Of a stretch of DNA of 36,684 nt, positions 9,704 to 20,298 are shown in pieces (the first letter of the stretch is position 1; the number at the start of each line of letters is the position of its first letter). The DNA lies in the IMG/VR virus record IMGVR_UViG_3300031998_000033, positions 1 through 36,684 of that record. One strand, 5' to 3'. Position numbers and translations under genes: made by a program. Under the pieces are notes generated by a model, which ran no database searches, was not told the origin of the DNA, and saw nothing but the letters and a program-made list of their open reading frames with translations. The DNA comes from a virus (Duplodnaviria > Heunggongvirae > Uroviricota > Caudoviricetes).

Positions 9704-10498
9704 TTAATTTAAAATAAAAATAGAGTCGGGATTCGTCCAATACATGTTTCCGTCCCACATTACGCGAGTCCATGGACCGCCGTAGAAATTGACGTAATTC
9801 TCGGTGATGACTATCATGCGCGCGCCTGCTGGAATGTTCGGGTATTTTCTAGCCGATTGCGTTTTCCAGTCTTCGTCGTAGATTTCACGGAGCGCGACCG
9901 CCAGCTTCGCGCAAGGATTCGACGCAAGCCCGATTACAAGGCTTATGTCTTTTTCCTGGAATACGTCAAGCCCGTTCCGAAGCGCCGTATCCAGCTCCAG
10001 ACGCGCGCCGTTCGACGTTTCCCAGCCGTCCAGCATGAGGATTGCCGAACAGGCCTTTTCAGTTACCTGCTGCTCATTTACCATCCGCGCGAAAACTGAC
10101 TTGTCAGCAAGGACGCGTTCTTTCTTATATTTGCGGCATATGTCGACTGGATTGACGACGTCTACGCCGGCACGTAAAAGCCTATCCGCGACGGCGTCGA
10201 ACTTCTTGAAATTGAAATTCTCATACCCGGTCATAGGACCCGACAAAAAGACTTTTAACTTCTTGCGTTCCGACTTCAAAGGCGTTTCCGACCTGCCGAA
10301 TTCGAAATTAGAGCAAAACATCCTGTAAAGCCAGTCCTATTCCTCCCGATCAGAGCGGAAAGGAGACGCCGCGCAGTCGCTTCCGCATTTTTCGCATTTA
10401 GAATAATATCCCGCGGGACTATATTCTACGCGTACATCTGCTCCGCAATTTCTGCAAATCGGCTGCGACTTGAATTTATATGTGATGTCTTCCGCCAT
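9704..10498 (-). CDS. Zn-ribbon + DUF4406 (nucleoside 2-deoxyribosyltransferase-like) protein
   Basis: ATG 10498 with GAGG RBS; CRNC...CEKC, one TAG at 10337-10339, then VFLSGPMTGYENFN...VVNP...ILMLDGWETSNGARLE (DUF4406 signature). Confidence 0.75.
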
Positions 10499-10597
10499 GA
10501 AATACCTCTTTAATAATTATGCCGTGCCAAGCCTCTGCTTCCGCTCGTACATCTCGTCAGGCTTCATGTTAGATACGGCGTCACAGGACGTCTGCAC

Positions 10598-10774
10598 TTA
10601 TTGCACGCTCGGCTTGAACACTGCCGCCGTCTTAAGGATCGCGGCGCCCAGATACTTCCTGGACATCTCGCTCTGGCACTGGTCGTAGTCGGCCAACATC
10701 TTCTCGATTTCGTCCAGGGTCGCCCTGACGTGCGCCAGCATGCCATTCAGTGTATTCCTCTGCTCTTCTGTCAT
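10598..10774 (-). CDS. small hypothetical protein
   Basis: AAAGGA RBS, MTEEQRNTLNGML..., ends TAA. Confidence 0.5.
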   Translation of the reverse strand: MTEEQRNTLNGMLAHVRATLDEIEKMLADYDQCQSEMSRKYLGAAILKTAAVFKPSVQ

Positions 10775-10785
10775 AATCTTTCCTT

Positions 10786-11283
10786 TCAGCTCTAAGAAAT
10801 AACGGCCCTGGCGTCCATAAGCGCCTTGCCGAGGAGGTTCTGGCCTTTCCAATTGGCCTTGTCGCGTATGCCGGAATCGCCTTCGGCCAGGCCGATCCCC
10901 CAGATTTCGTCAACGGGAGACGCCTCTACCAGTTCCGCGCCGCCTGTCGAAAGCAGGAATTCCTTCAGTTTCGAATCCTGCGAAAACTTGGCGGTATTGC
11001 CCTTGACAACTATGCCGTATTTGACAGCGTCCCACTTCGCCGGATCAAAACCCCTGACTTCGCGTCCCAGATTTTTTATGACGCGCGGTTTGTCGGACGC
11101 CAGTATCTTCTCCAGCGTCTCGCCGTCGCCGAACGTCCTGGCCTTTTCCGCCATCATGTACTGCTCTGCGCAGTTGTACCTGACGCCATCGATCTCGAAC
11201 GAGCACGGCCACCACTGCGACAGGCAGCCCTTCTGCACGGTCTTGACGTCGCCGATCCCCCAGAAAAACACGAAATCGCCCAT
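10786..11283 (-). CDS. NADAR (YbiA/DUF1768) ADP-ribose/N-glycosidase family protein
   Basis: LSQWWPCSF, AEQYMMAEKARTFGD, KNLGREV, GNTAKFSQ, LVEASPVDEIWGIG, GQNLLGKALM; reads through TAG 10792 to TGA 10786. Confidence 0.9.
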
Positions 11284-11286
11284 GTC

Positions 11287-12057
11287 TCAGCCTTTCATTA
11301 TTGCGGCATAACGCGCCTTCATCTTGTCGAGCGACCAGCCCTTGAAGATGCAGTTCTCAATCCTCTTGCCTTGGCTGCAGTGGCCGAGGCACGGCTGGAC
11401 GCAGTCAGGGACAAAGTACTTGGAAAGCTCAGGGAACAGTTCCTGGATCTTCATGTAGATCAGCATGGAGCAATAGTTGATTTCAGTCGTGTTGACCCCG
11501 CACAATCTGAGGTTCAAAAAATTCTTCAGCGCACGGAGATTGACGGTCCAGATGATGGTCGACCTGAACGAGTTCGGCAGGGCATCGCGGGCGACTTCAC
11601 ACTTCTGGCCGGCCTTGATGAGGTCACAATAGTTCTTGATGGAATGAACGCAACTGTCGTAGTACGCCTTCCTAACGTCCTCCGGCGCCTCCATTATCTC
11701 AATCGGCGTGACGAAGTACTCCGTCGGGTTGCTCAGCGCCGAGCTGTAGTCAATGTAGTGCGTGCTGGAGCACGTGTAGGAAGACCCGACGCGGTGACGG
11801 ACCCACTAGACCTGGCAGGCGCGGGACACGTTCTAGATGGCGAACGTAAGGTTGATGTGCTCGAGCAGCGTCGTGTGGTTAAACTTAAGCGTATTCTCGG
11901 CAATAGCTGTCGTCGTCTTGTCAAGGTCTACAAGCTAAGCCGCGACGTCGTCAGAATTCGCCAGCTTCTTGCTGAACGTGAGCTTAGTAATCGAGCTGAC
12001 GAGCCGTTCGTCGCAGATTACAGGTTTATTGATAATGCTTACCTTAATTTTGTCCAT
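11287..12057 (-). CDS. thyX: flavin-dependent thymidylate synthase ThyX (divergent)
   Basis: ATG 12057; NHTTLLEHINLTFAI(TAG)NVSRACQV(TAG)WVRHRVGSSYTCS (RHRx7S), VARDALP, NLRALKNFLNLR; 3 TAGs, one at the conserved Gln of Q-x-V-RHR. Confidence 0.85.
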
Positions 12058-12071
12058 GTTTACTCCTGAAG

Positions 12072-12581
12072 TCAGTCGTTTTCTATCTCAGCAAAGACGC
12101 CGAGAGGCGTGTCACCTGCCATAAAGTCGTATTCTACCAGGTTCAGCTTCGAATTAAGCAGAACCCTCTTATATTCGTAACGAAGCGCCGCAAGCTCTTC
12201 GATAGACTTGAACTCGGTCTTTCCCTCATCGCATATCCTCCGCCAATTCGATTCCAGGTCGGTCTGGCAGTATACTACGGCGGCGTTCGGGTCAAGCTTG
12301 AGCAAATCGTCTTCTATTTCGTTCATTCTCTCGATCGTCATGTCGGTAGGCCTGCCGTAGTGCTTTGAATACGCGAACTCGCAGTACATGTACCGGTCTA
12401 TAACATATTTCCCGCCGGGATCCCCTTCGGCCGCAAGCCAGTCTGCGTATTCCCTATACTCGGAATAGGGAGACTTCTTCGGAGGATCGAAATGCCTGTA
12501 TATCCAGCCGGCTTTTATGAATTCGTCCGTCAACGTAGACTTGCCCGTACGGTCCGCTCCAACTATAATCGCTATTCTCAT
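12072..12581 (-). CDS. deoxynucleoside monophosphate (thymidylate-type) kinase
   Basis: IIVGADRTGKSTL P-loop, VIDRYMYCEFAY (DR motif); adjacent to thyX. Confidence 0.75.
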   Translation of the reverse strand: MRIAIIVGADRTGKSTLTDEFIKAGWIYRHFDPPKKSPYSEYREYADWLAAEGDPGGKYVIDRYMYCEFAYSKHYGRPTDMTIERMNEIEDDLLKLDPNAAVVYCQTDLESNWRRICDEGKTEFKSIEELAALRYEYKRVLLNSKLNLVEYDFMAGDTPLGVFAEIEND

Positions 12582-12588
12582 ATTGAAT

Positions 12589-12594
12589 ATTATA
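12589..12594 (-). promoter_or_regulatory. putative extended -10 (TGnTATAAT) 7 nt upstream of kinase ATG
   Basis: Minus strand ACTGA-TATAAT-ATTCAAT-ATG with no SD. Confidence 0.45.
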
Positions 12595-12599
12595 TCAGT

Positions 12600-13184
12600 T
12601 CAGGCTTTATAGTAGTCTTCTAGTTGTGAAGAATATCTATGTTTGTCCCAGTCGTATTCATCGTCGTCGCGTCCGCCGTTGTCATTCGAGCAGTCGATAT
12701 ACGATCCGTCGTTTAGCAGAAAATCGCGCAGCGTCTTTTCCGTCTCGAACATCCTTCCATTGGTCGGTTCCTCGCCGATATTGCTCTGGTGGTCTATATA
12801 TCCGCCGTGCTCGTCATCCGCATAGTCTTCATTCAGGATTACAGTTATGTTTTTAAACCCGATATCTGCACATACTTTCATCAAGCGGCCGAGCATCGCG
12901 TCAGATCTGAACCACGGTTTGGAAACCTGCTCCTTCAGTGTTTCGTCCGGTGTGTCGTATTTCTCCTGATTGTACTTGGTCCTAATGACTATTGCGCACC
13001 AGTTAAGCTTGGACCAAAAGTCGTAGTATTTCTCGGTCTGCCACCCGAATTCTATTTCGCCGAGCTCGCTGTCTGGAAGCACAATATCGCCGTCGCCTTG
13101 AAACCGGGCTTCCTTTCCGGAATCGGTTATCACTATAAAGCTGGCGCTGGAACTGTTACTTACAAAATCAATTCTTGTTTTCAT
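12600..13184 (-). CDS. hypothetical protein, 'MKxRxDFVSNSSS' family (copy 2)
   Basis: MKTRIDFVSNSSSASF...GYIDHQS; ATG 13184 overlaps the upstream TGA (ATGA). Confidence 0.75.
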   Translation of the reverse strand: MKTRIDFVSNSSSASFIVITDSGKEARFQGDGDIVLPDSELGEIEFGWQTEKYYDFWSKLNWCAIVIRTKYNQEKYDTPDETLKEQVSKPWFRSDAMLGRLMKVCADIGFKNITVILNEDYADDEHGGYIDHQSNIGEEPTNGRMFETEKTLRDFLLNDGSYIDCSNDNGGRDDDEYDWDKHRYSSQLEDYYKA

Positions 13185-13570
13185 TCGTCGCATGCCTCCG
13201 GCAGATCGTCCATTACCGTCAAATGGGCCTCGTTGTCCGCATACAGTTGGAACTTATGTTCGCCTTCTGTGAATAAGTCTTCCATGAGACGGTACCTTTT
13301 TTCGTAGAACCGGTCATGGTCTTCGCCGGAATCGCAGAGTATAAAACAGCCGGGAACAAGTGCGTTCGACATCTGCTCGCTCCCGTCGAATGGCGTTCCG
13401 TACCACCGGTCGTTCGCTTCGGCCAGGTTCCAGAACACCTGCATCTAAACATTCTGCTTCTTCAGTGCGTCGATTCGGCGCCTGAACTCCTCAACGTCCT
13501 ATGCCGTCCCGAGCGAAACGAAAAACGAGCATGAACTGGAATTGCTGACAAAATCACTTCTTGTCTTCAT
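13181..13570 (-). CDS. hypothetical protein, 'MKxRxDFVSNSSS' family (copy 3)
   Basis: MKTRSDFVSNSSSCSFF, visible only with read-through of 2 TAGs; joins track ORF 13181-13444. Confidence 0.72.
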
Positions 13571-13664
13571 GAAATAACGCCTTTTACTGCTCGTACTTGG
13601 CCTTAAGCCTTCTAAGCGGAACCGGCGAACTTTTTTCCATCGTCTTTCTTTATCTGTATCAGTC

Positions 13665-14057
13665 TCAGTCGAGAGATATGCAGCCGTCGGCGTCGACGCC
13701 CTTTATAAATTCGACTTTAGACGGGCCGTCTATGGAAATTCCGTAAGACTTCAGCTTGTCGGCAACGCGCGCCTTGAACTCCTTAAGCGTCTCGTTGTCC
13801 TTCATACACGTAGGAGAAAGCCCGAACGCTATGAAATTATCATCATATCCGAACACGTATTCATCGTACGGAATATTCCTACTGTTGAGAAACTCCTCTA
13901 TATCTTCATTGACGTGGTCTTCTCCGTCATCAGGCCTTGCCGGAACCAGCCCCGCGTCGCGCAGCTTTTCCACGAGGTTATCCGTATCGAAACTAACACC
14001 CCACAGGACAAAGCTGCTGGAACTAGAATTACTGACGAAATCAGCGCGTATTTTCAT
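13665..14057 (-). CDS. hypothetical protein, 'MKxRxDFVSNSSS' family (copy 4)
   Basis: MKIRADFVSNSSSSSFVLWG; AGGAG RBS. Confidence 0.75.
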   Translation of the reverse strand: MKIRADFVSNSSSSSFVLWGVSFDTDNLVEKLRDAGLVPARPDDGEDHVNEDIEEFLNSRNIPYDEYVFGYDDNFIAFGLSPTCMKDNETLKEFKARVADKLKSYGISIDGPSKVEFIKGVDADGCISLD

Positions 14058-14631
14058 TGTTGTCTCCTTGTATAAAATTGTTTATCAGTTCTTTTAACGG
14101 CCGCCCGTTAAACGTAAAATCGTCCGCCGGGATTACGCTTATGTCGTCGCCTGGCTTGCCGCCGCCTTTATACCCGAGCAGTACATAGTCGGACGCCGTG
14201 ATCTGCTCCACTTCCACGCCGGCCTGCTGCAGCAAATCCAGCCCGGTTTTCTCGCCGTTCCAATAAAGCTCCTTGTAGACGACACGCTTTATCCCGGACT
14301 GGATAAGCCCGAGCGCGCAGTGCTTGCACGGGCTAAGGGTCGTATAGCAAGTAGCGCCGTCCGTTATTATCTCCGTCCTGGCGCACCAGTACAATGCGTT
14401 CGCCTCGGCGTGTATGACGGTGTCCTTTGTCTTGATCTCGCCGTTTTCGTCAGTATATTCGCATACATTGTCCATATGCGCCGGCTGTCCGTTCCAGCCT
14501 GCCGCGATAATATGGTTGTCACGCACTATGACGCACCCGACTTTCCGTTTTTCGGCGTAGGACATAGCCGCCGTCCGCTCGGCTATGTCCATGAAATACC
14601 GGTCATACCTGGCCCGCTTACTCTCCGTCAT
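14041..14631 (-). CDS. dCMP deaminase
   Basis: RKVGCVIV, GWNG, HAEANAL, TLSPCKHC zinc-binding motifs. Confidence 0.92.
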   Translation of the reverse strand: MTESKRARYDRYFMDIAERTAAMSYAEKRKVGCVIVRDNHIIAAGWNGQPAHMDNVCEYTDENGEIKTKDTVIHAEANALYWCARTEIITDGATCYTTLSPCKHCALGLIQSGIKRVVYKELYWNGEKTGLDLLQQAGVEVEQITASDYVLLGYKGGGKPGDDISVIPADDFTFNGRPLKELINNFIQGDNNENTR

Positions 14632-15424
14632 GCTGCGGCTCCATCGACGCGAGCTTGACTTGCATCAGGCGGGCACGCTCCTGGTCGAACTGCTTGTCGG
14701 CCGCAAGGTCGTTGATCTGCGTCTCGGCCTTCTCGAGCTGCTCTCCAGGCTGCGCCATGATAAGCTTCGTCTGCGCATCCACCAGCTTTGACCAGTCAGA
14801 CTTCTTGAGCCCGACGGGGTTGGAGTTCTTTTCATACACTAACTCCACCGGTACGGCCGTCTCGAAAATCCCTTCTGCGAACTCCCGCGTATCATTCTTA
14901 ACCTGTTCGCGCACATTCTTGCCCGCCATGAATATTTCGGTAACGTTCTGCTTGACGCGCTCGTCGGCCCATACCTCGGACTTGTCCTCAAGGCGCAAAC
15001 CGGTGGCAAGCGTTATGCCGCGGCGGCTGAATTCGTCTTCCAGCTCGTTCGCGCCGATGTACCGCAGATAGTCGAGCGCTAATGCAATCTTGTCGACGAG
15101 CTTCTGTATCTTCGTCTGCTTACCATCTTCGACTTCCTCCGGCGTAATGTAGTCGCAGACCAGCTTGTACGCGCGGGATACGTTCTTCTTGAACGCCTTG
15201 AGCCGCTCGTTCTCCTCGTCCGTGCGGTTCCGCTTCCTCTTACCGAGGATCGCGTTGATTTCCATGTTCGCGCGAAGAGCTGTCGCATAGAACTGCTCGA
15301 AATTAGTCTTGTCGCGTTCCTTATACGTAGTAAGGATGGTTTTCTTGATCTCCGCCGCCTCGCGAAGCGCCTTATCCATATCTTGGCCCGTAATGAGCTC
15401 TTCCCTGCTGGTGTTATCTGCCAT
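14618..15424 (-). CDS. hypothetical helical/coiled-coil protein
   Basis: 268-aa ORF with AAAGGA RBS and typical codon usage, ends TAA. Confidence 0.65.
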   Translation of the reverse strand: MADNTSREELITGQDMDKALREAAEIKKTILTTYKERDKTNFEQFYATALRANMEINAILGKRKRNRTDEENERLKAFKKNVSRAYKLVCDYITPEEVEDGKQTKIQKLVDKIALALDYLRYIGANELEDEFSRRGITLATGLRLEDKSEVWADERVKQNVTEIFMAGKNVREQVKNDTREFAEGIFETAVPVELVYEKNSNPVGLKKSDWSKLVDAQTKLIMAQPGEQLEKAETQINDLAADKQFDQERARLMQVKLASMEPQHDGE

Positions 15425-15467
15425 GTCTTTTTTTCCTTTATATTGAAATTATACTTTTCCCGAAAAC

Positions 15468-15504
15468 CGAAAATAAAAAACCGAACTGAATTCAGTTCGG
15501 TTTT
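15468..15504 (-). terminator. Rho-independent terminator downstream of dUTPase
   Basis: Perfect palindrome AAAACCGAACTGAATTCAGTTCGGTTTT (15477-15504) followed by a T-rich tract on the minus strand. Confidence 0.75.
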
Positions 15505-15525
15505 CCGCCAGGATATCCCTAAGAC

Positions 15526-16065
15526 TCATTTCTTGTCCGTAGACCCAAAAGCGCCTTCGCCCCTGACCGACGCGACGTTCTTGAACAGCTCGTCTTCCGG
15601 CACCTCCATGACGTCCGGATACTCCGTCTTGTACATGACGAACTGCGCGATCTTGTCGCCGGCTTTGACCACTGCTGGAACCTTCGACGTATTGTGCAGG
15701 TCGATATGCCATACGCCCTGGTAGTCTGCGTCGATAAGCTACGCGCCGGCGATCAGCCCGCGCTTCATCGCGATACCGGACTTGTTGTGGAACTCCATGC
15801 AGTATCCGCGCGGAAGCAAAGCCTTGATTCCTGACGGAATGCACGCGCTCTCTCCCCAGCCGATCGTCATCTGGGTCACAAACCCGTTTTCTCCGGTTTC
15901 ATATTCTAGCACATGCCCTGTCTTATCGAACATCGCCTCCATGTCGGAAACCGTCAAGTCTTCCGGCACGTAAAAATCAAGGCCGCTTGCCAGCGGAGTT
16001 CCGCGCGTTGGGGTCTTGACGTTCCTGGTCTTGCTTATCTTTATCGCTCCGATGCACTCACTCAT
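15526..16065 (-). CDS. dut: dUTPase (trimeric)
   Basis: ASGLDFY, NKSGIA, GA(TAG)LIDADYQG motif III, GDKIAQF, RGEGAFGST motif V; ends TGA 15526. Confidence 0.93.
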
Positions 16066-16324
16066 GTCTCAGTTTTCCTATGATGTTGCCATATAAAAAT
16101 ATATGATACGTCTTTTCATCCGACTTGAACATGTTTCCGGTAGAATTGCAAATAATTATGTCTCCTGGAACAACTTTGGGCTCAATCGTATCTGATCCGG
16201 TTTTCAAAACCTTATACATCGGCAGCCTGTCAGTGTTCTAGTAAATGACCACGCCATTTTCATCCTACTTGTCCGGAGCAGGCTCACATAATACGGCATC
16301 GCCTTCTGGAATAAATTCTTTCAT
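16058..16324 (-). CDS. GroES/cpn10-like protein (88 aa; missed by standard code)
   Basis: MKEFIPEGDAVLCEP...NGVVIY...YKVLKTG...VVPGDIII...YHIFLYGNIIGKL; 2 TAGs; GroES-like spacing of P.GD.VL, G.II, V..GD.V and C-terminal I.G motifs. Confidence 0.55.
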
Positions 16325-16338
16325 ATTTTGCGCTCGTC

Positions 16339-16920
16339 TTATGCATCCTTTTCTAAAACCTTGCATACAATCATGTCATGCTTGTAAATATAAAGAGTCC
16401 TGTCTCCGATTCTAACGACATCAGGACCTTTTGTCATTATAATGCGATCTCCTGTCTTAAAACTACAGGTTTTTTTCGTTTCCTCGTCAAGGTTTTCAGC
16501 AGTAATCCGTCCGATATTCAGCCTTTCAGCATAGTTTTCAACATAGACCCCGTCGACATTCGTCACATCGCCTTTTTCGTCCATTTCCGCGAACAGCATG
16601 TTACGAAGCGGATAATAGTCCGTCCTGTCCTTATCGGTAAGACAGATCACATTGTTGTACCTGCACATACAAATAGGCGCCGTATGGGCATAAGTCGAAA
16701 GTCTGTCTATCATGACATAGTCACCGACTTTGATTCCATATTCGTCCGCAGCCTTAGAACCGACATCTTCTATGACGCAGAACGCGAGACGCGAATTGGC
16801 GCAAACCGAATCCGGAAGCCAAACGCCGCCCAGCTCCATGTCTTCGAGATTATCAAGAATCCTGAGCGCTACGAACTCCGGACCGCACTGCACTTTTTCA
16901 TTGAAATTTATCGTATTCAT
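16339..16920 (-). CDS. tandem double GroES/cpn10-like protein
   Basis: Domain 1 GPEFVALR...GGVWLPD...VIEDVG...GIKVGDYVM; domain 2 YPLRNMLFAE...GVYV...GRI...FKTGDRII...YIYKHDMIVCKV. Confidence 0.6.
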   Translation of the reverse strand: MNTINFNEKVQCGPEFVALRILDNLEDMELGGVWLPDSVCANSRLAFCVIEDVGSKAADEYGIKVGDYVMIDRLSTYAHTAPICMCRYNNVICLTDKDRTDYYPLRNMLFAEMDEKGDVTNVDGVYVENYAERLNIGRITAENLDEETKKTCSFKTGDRIIMTKGPDVVRIGDRTLYIYKHDMIVCKVLEKDA

Positions 16921-16963
16921 AATTTCCTCTGTTTATAATATCGCATTCTAGAATATTCCGCAT

Positions 16964-16997
16964 AAAAAATCAGGCGCCGGAACAATAATCCGGCGCC
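16964..16997 (-). terminator. Rho-independent terminator
   Basis: 9-bp stem GGCGCCGGA/TCCGGCGCC with 7-nt loop, followed by TGATTTTTT on the minus strand. Confidence 0.7.
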
Positions 16998-17036
16998 CGC
17001 GGAACCAAACAATATCAACATTAACCATTATTGATA

Positions 17037-17909
17037 TTATACTAAATCATTCGTTTTTTCAGAAACGGTCGGCAAAACCTTCGAGATTATCTTTTCAATC
17101 AATGCGTCAAGCGTCGTATCAATATTCATGTCCGGCGCATAGTCGATATTCATCTGCTTGAATTTCAAATCTTCTTCCTGCATCGTCTGCTACGTCGTCT
17201 GCTTGACGGGCTGAAGCGGAGGCGCCTGTAGGAATACGCCGTCTTCGGAATCCACAGTCAAATACTGGTTCATGAAAAACGGCTGGTCGGGCTTTTTCAG
17301 ACGGCGGCGGCGGGCGAGCAGTTCGACTATATAGTACATCGCGACAGTGAAATCTTCGCTGAAGTACTTCATTTCCGGCTATCCGCGCAGCGCTGTCATA
17401 TCATAGGCCATCCATGCCGTATTCGAATGGCTTGTAAGCGCAAGACTGTACTTTATTCCGGCCTTGACCAGCTCCGGCATGTCGTTCTTCAGCAGAACGC
17501 GCGGATTATATTTGTTATATACATAATTGCACGGATCTGTAACAGTCGAAAGCCATAACGGATAATCGAACTGCCGCATCATCGACTCCAGATCATCTAT
17601 AAAGTCAGAAGGATCTTTAAGAAGCTTTACGCAGTCAGAAACCACATGCAATATTCCGCCATAGCCTTCTTCCTCGTACAGCTTCAGCACCGCATTCCTC
17701 TTCGCCGTCTCGTTCCCGTCTTTACACGGAATCAGACGACTTATACATTTCGTCTGTTCATGCATAATATTGAATTCCGGAATCTCTTGTTCCGAAAAAA
17801 CAGCTATCTCCGAACACACGGAATTCGCCATGAAAACCTATACAGTATTGCGGACTTCCGAAAGCATACGGTCGTCCAACAGCATTATAGCTATTCGTCT
17901 ATCTGTCAT
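17037..17909 (-). CDS. hypothetical protein (290 aa under code 15)
   Basis: ATG 17909 right after upstream TAA; 3 TAGs join track ORFs 17379-17831 and 17190-17372; ends TAA 17037. Confidence 0.65.
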
Positions 17910-17910
17910 A

Positions 17911-19323
17911 TTATTTCAGTATGGATATGTTCTCGTTCTTGAATATTGTCTGCTCTGCTTCTGTTTTCTTACGCCGCATATACTGCTATATGGCGCCGGC
18001 TATCGAAAATTTGGCTGTTTTCGGACGAAGACGGCATAAATCTGTCCATATACCGAGGTTTTCCTCTAGCCAGAAGTTCCTAATATTGAAATCGCCTTCC
18101 CTGCATGGTGTATGGAACCACTTCCACTGGCGCTCGATAAGGCCCCTGTATGCCCCCGCCGACATGAATTTAAGCTTCTACAACATCTTCTTCAGTTGCA
18201 TACTGTCGGAAAAAAGCTGGTCTTTCGGCATGACTCTTGAATATGGCAGGCAGTCCGTAGCAAAACACGGTATTCCCATCGCGGAACATTCCATGTATTT
18301 GATAAAGCTCTTACAGTAATTGAACTGGATCGGATTTATCGGCGCGACAACGGCCTGCAAATTTAAGTTGTGAAAGCGCGACGCATAATTCTGGATCGGC
18401 GTTCCCGGAACGAACTCTATTTTCTTCTTGGCGACGAGATCGTTGAGTTTCGGCGGGCAGAATCCGAAAAACACCCATTGATAATCATCAACCGTGTCGC
18501 GTATGCAGTCAATTATGGCGTCGATATCGTCCACGATCTCGTGCATACGGTCTTCCTGAACAGTTTCGCCTTTTTCATTCTTCCAGACTTCAGAACCGTC
18601 CGGAAGCTTTTCTTTACGGCATACATAGCCGTTCTCGTCCTCGCGCACGCCGTCGACGTTATAATGCGAAAGCGATGACACAATCCCTATCCGCGGCTTT
18701 CTGGCGTTCTGCCTGAACTGCATTACTTTTTTATCAGGATCGTACTTATCGCCGAAAAGCGAATGCGGAAGCAAATTGGGAACAGCGAGAATGTTATCCT
18801 TCGGCACTCCGTATAGATCATGATATACGTCACGAAGATAATCTGTCGTCACGGTAACGAAATCAGCGGCGTTCAGCATCGTCTTGATCGCGCGCTGCGT
18901 CTCTTCTCCTTCGAAAGGACGCCGTCCCCTGTTGAACTTTGGAATCGACGCGTTGCGAAGATTGCCGTATTTATCCTCAAGCTCCTTCTTTTTCGCGTCA
19001 TCGGCATCGAGAAGCGTCCCGTCGAACATCAAATCGTCTATCTCGTAAATCGTCCAACCGCCGCGCTTGTCCATCAAAGGTTTGAACATCTTGCAGAATA
19101 ATTCACTCTGCTGCGGCGATATCCAACGCTGGACCGTAATCGAATTGACGTCTCTATAGTAATTCTAATCGAATACCGGCGTCTATGAATAGTCAGCCTA
19201 TATGTTTAAACCCTGCGAAATACAGTCTATCTGCTAAAGCGGCCATATCCTGCGCCACTTTCCTGTTCCAGACCTATCCGAAAGATATACTACATTCCGG
19301 AATAAAGGCTATTCATTACTCAT
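17911..19323 (-). CDS. GT-B type glycosyltransferase of large phages (470 aa under code 15)
   Basis: YLSDRSGTGKWRRIWP N-terminal motif, YEIDDL, ADFVTVTTDYL, VPNLLP, AVVAPINPIQFNYCKSFIKYMECSAMGIP; 7 TAGs; AAAGGAG upstream. Confidence 0.75.
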
Positions 19324-19390
19324 ATAATATATTCAAACTCCTTTAAATATATTATACTGAAATCGCGTCCGACGTGTCTAAAAACAAATA

Positions 19391-20155
19391 TCAATATTGC
19401 GGAGCCAAAAGCTAACTGTACTCCGTAATGCCATAGTCCGCGGCAAGAATATTCCGGAACTTGCCGAGAACCTTACGTCTGATTTCTGTAACGGTGCTCG
19501 GATCAAGTTTGTATTCGTCGGCGACATCCCTTGTCTTCTCATTGTCGACGAACAATTTGTAAAATACGCCCTTTTCTACGGCGCTAAGACTCGAATCGGA
19601 CTCTAATTTTGAATATAATTCAGCGCACAGCTCCGCATTCTCGTCAGCGGTTACCATTTCGCTGGTAGACCGTATCGTATCCCTATATGTAGGATCGACA
19701 TATTTATGCAGCGAATTCTCCAGAAAAGACGTATCATCTTCGGAATCACCGGAACCGAACACGGCCGGCTCGTCCAGCGAAGACGTTACCTGATCCATCT
19801 TATATTGGGATGTATAATACGGCATACTGAAATATTTGCGGATCCATATCGAAGCATACGTGCAGAACTTGATATTTTTATCCAGATCAAACCGTTTAGC
19901 CGCCTCCATTAATCCGAGCATGCCGTTCTGGACAAGCGAATCGAAATCCCTTGTCTTCGTAACATATGACTTCGCCATGCTGAATACCATCTTCACATTA
20001 TGCAGGCAAAGCAGCCGGTTCAATTCCGTCCTGTCATTCCTGTATTTTTCAATCAGTTCACGTTCCTCTTCTTTAGAAAGAACGGGGTATTGGTCTTTCG
20101 CGGTCTTTATCTGATTAATAAGTTTCGTCGTATTCGCATTCTCAAATGCAGTCAT
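19391..20155 (-). CDS. sigma-70 family RNA polymerase sigma factor
   Basis: LSKEEERELI region 1.2, HNVKMVFSMAKSY, LVQNGMLGLMEAAKRFDLDKNIKFCTYASIWIR region 2, SLDEP, C-terminal HTH; read-through of TAG 19412 to TGA 19391. Confidence 0.88.
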
Positions 20156-20298
20156 ACCAAATCGCCTTTATGCATGTTTAAAATAAACTACATGCAGATT
20201 ATACGGCAAAATATGATATACCGTATTTTAGGCGTTTTCTGAACTTAAATAAAATCCTAGCGAAATTCTGAACTGCTTCAGGGAAATCTTAACATATA

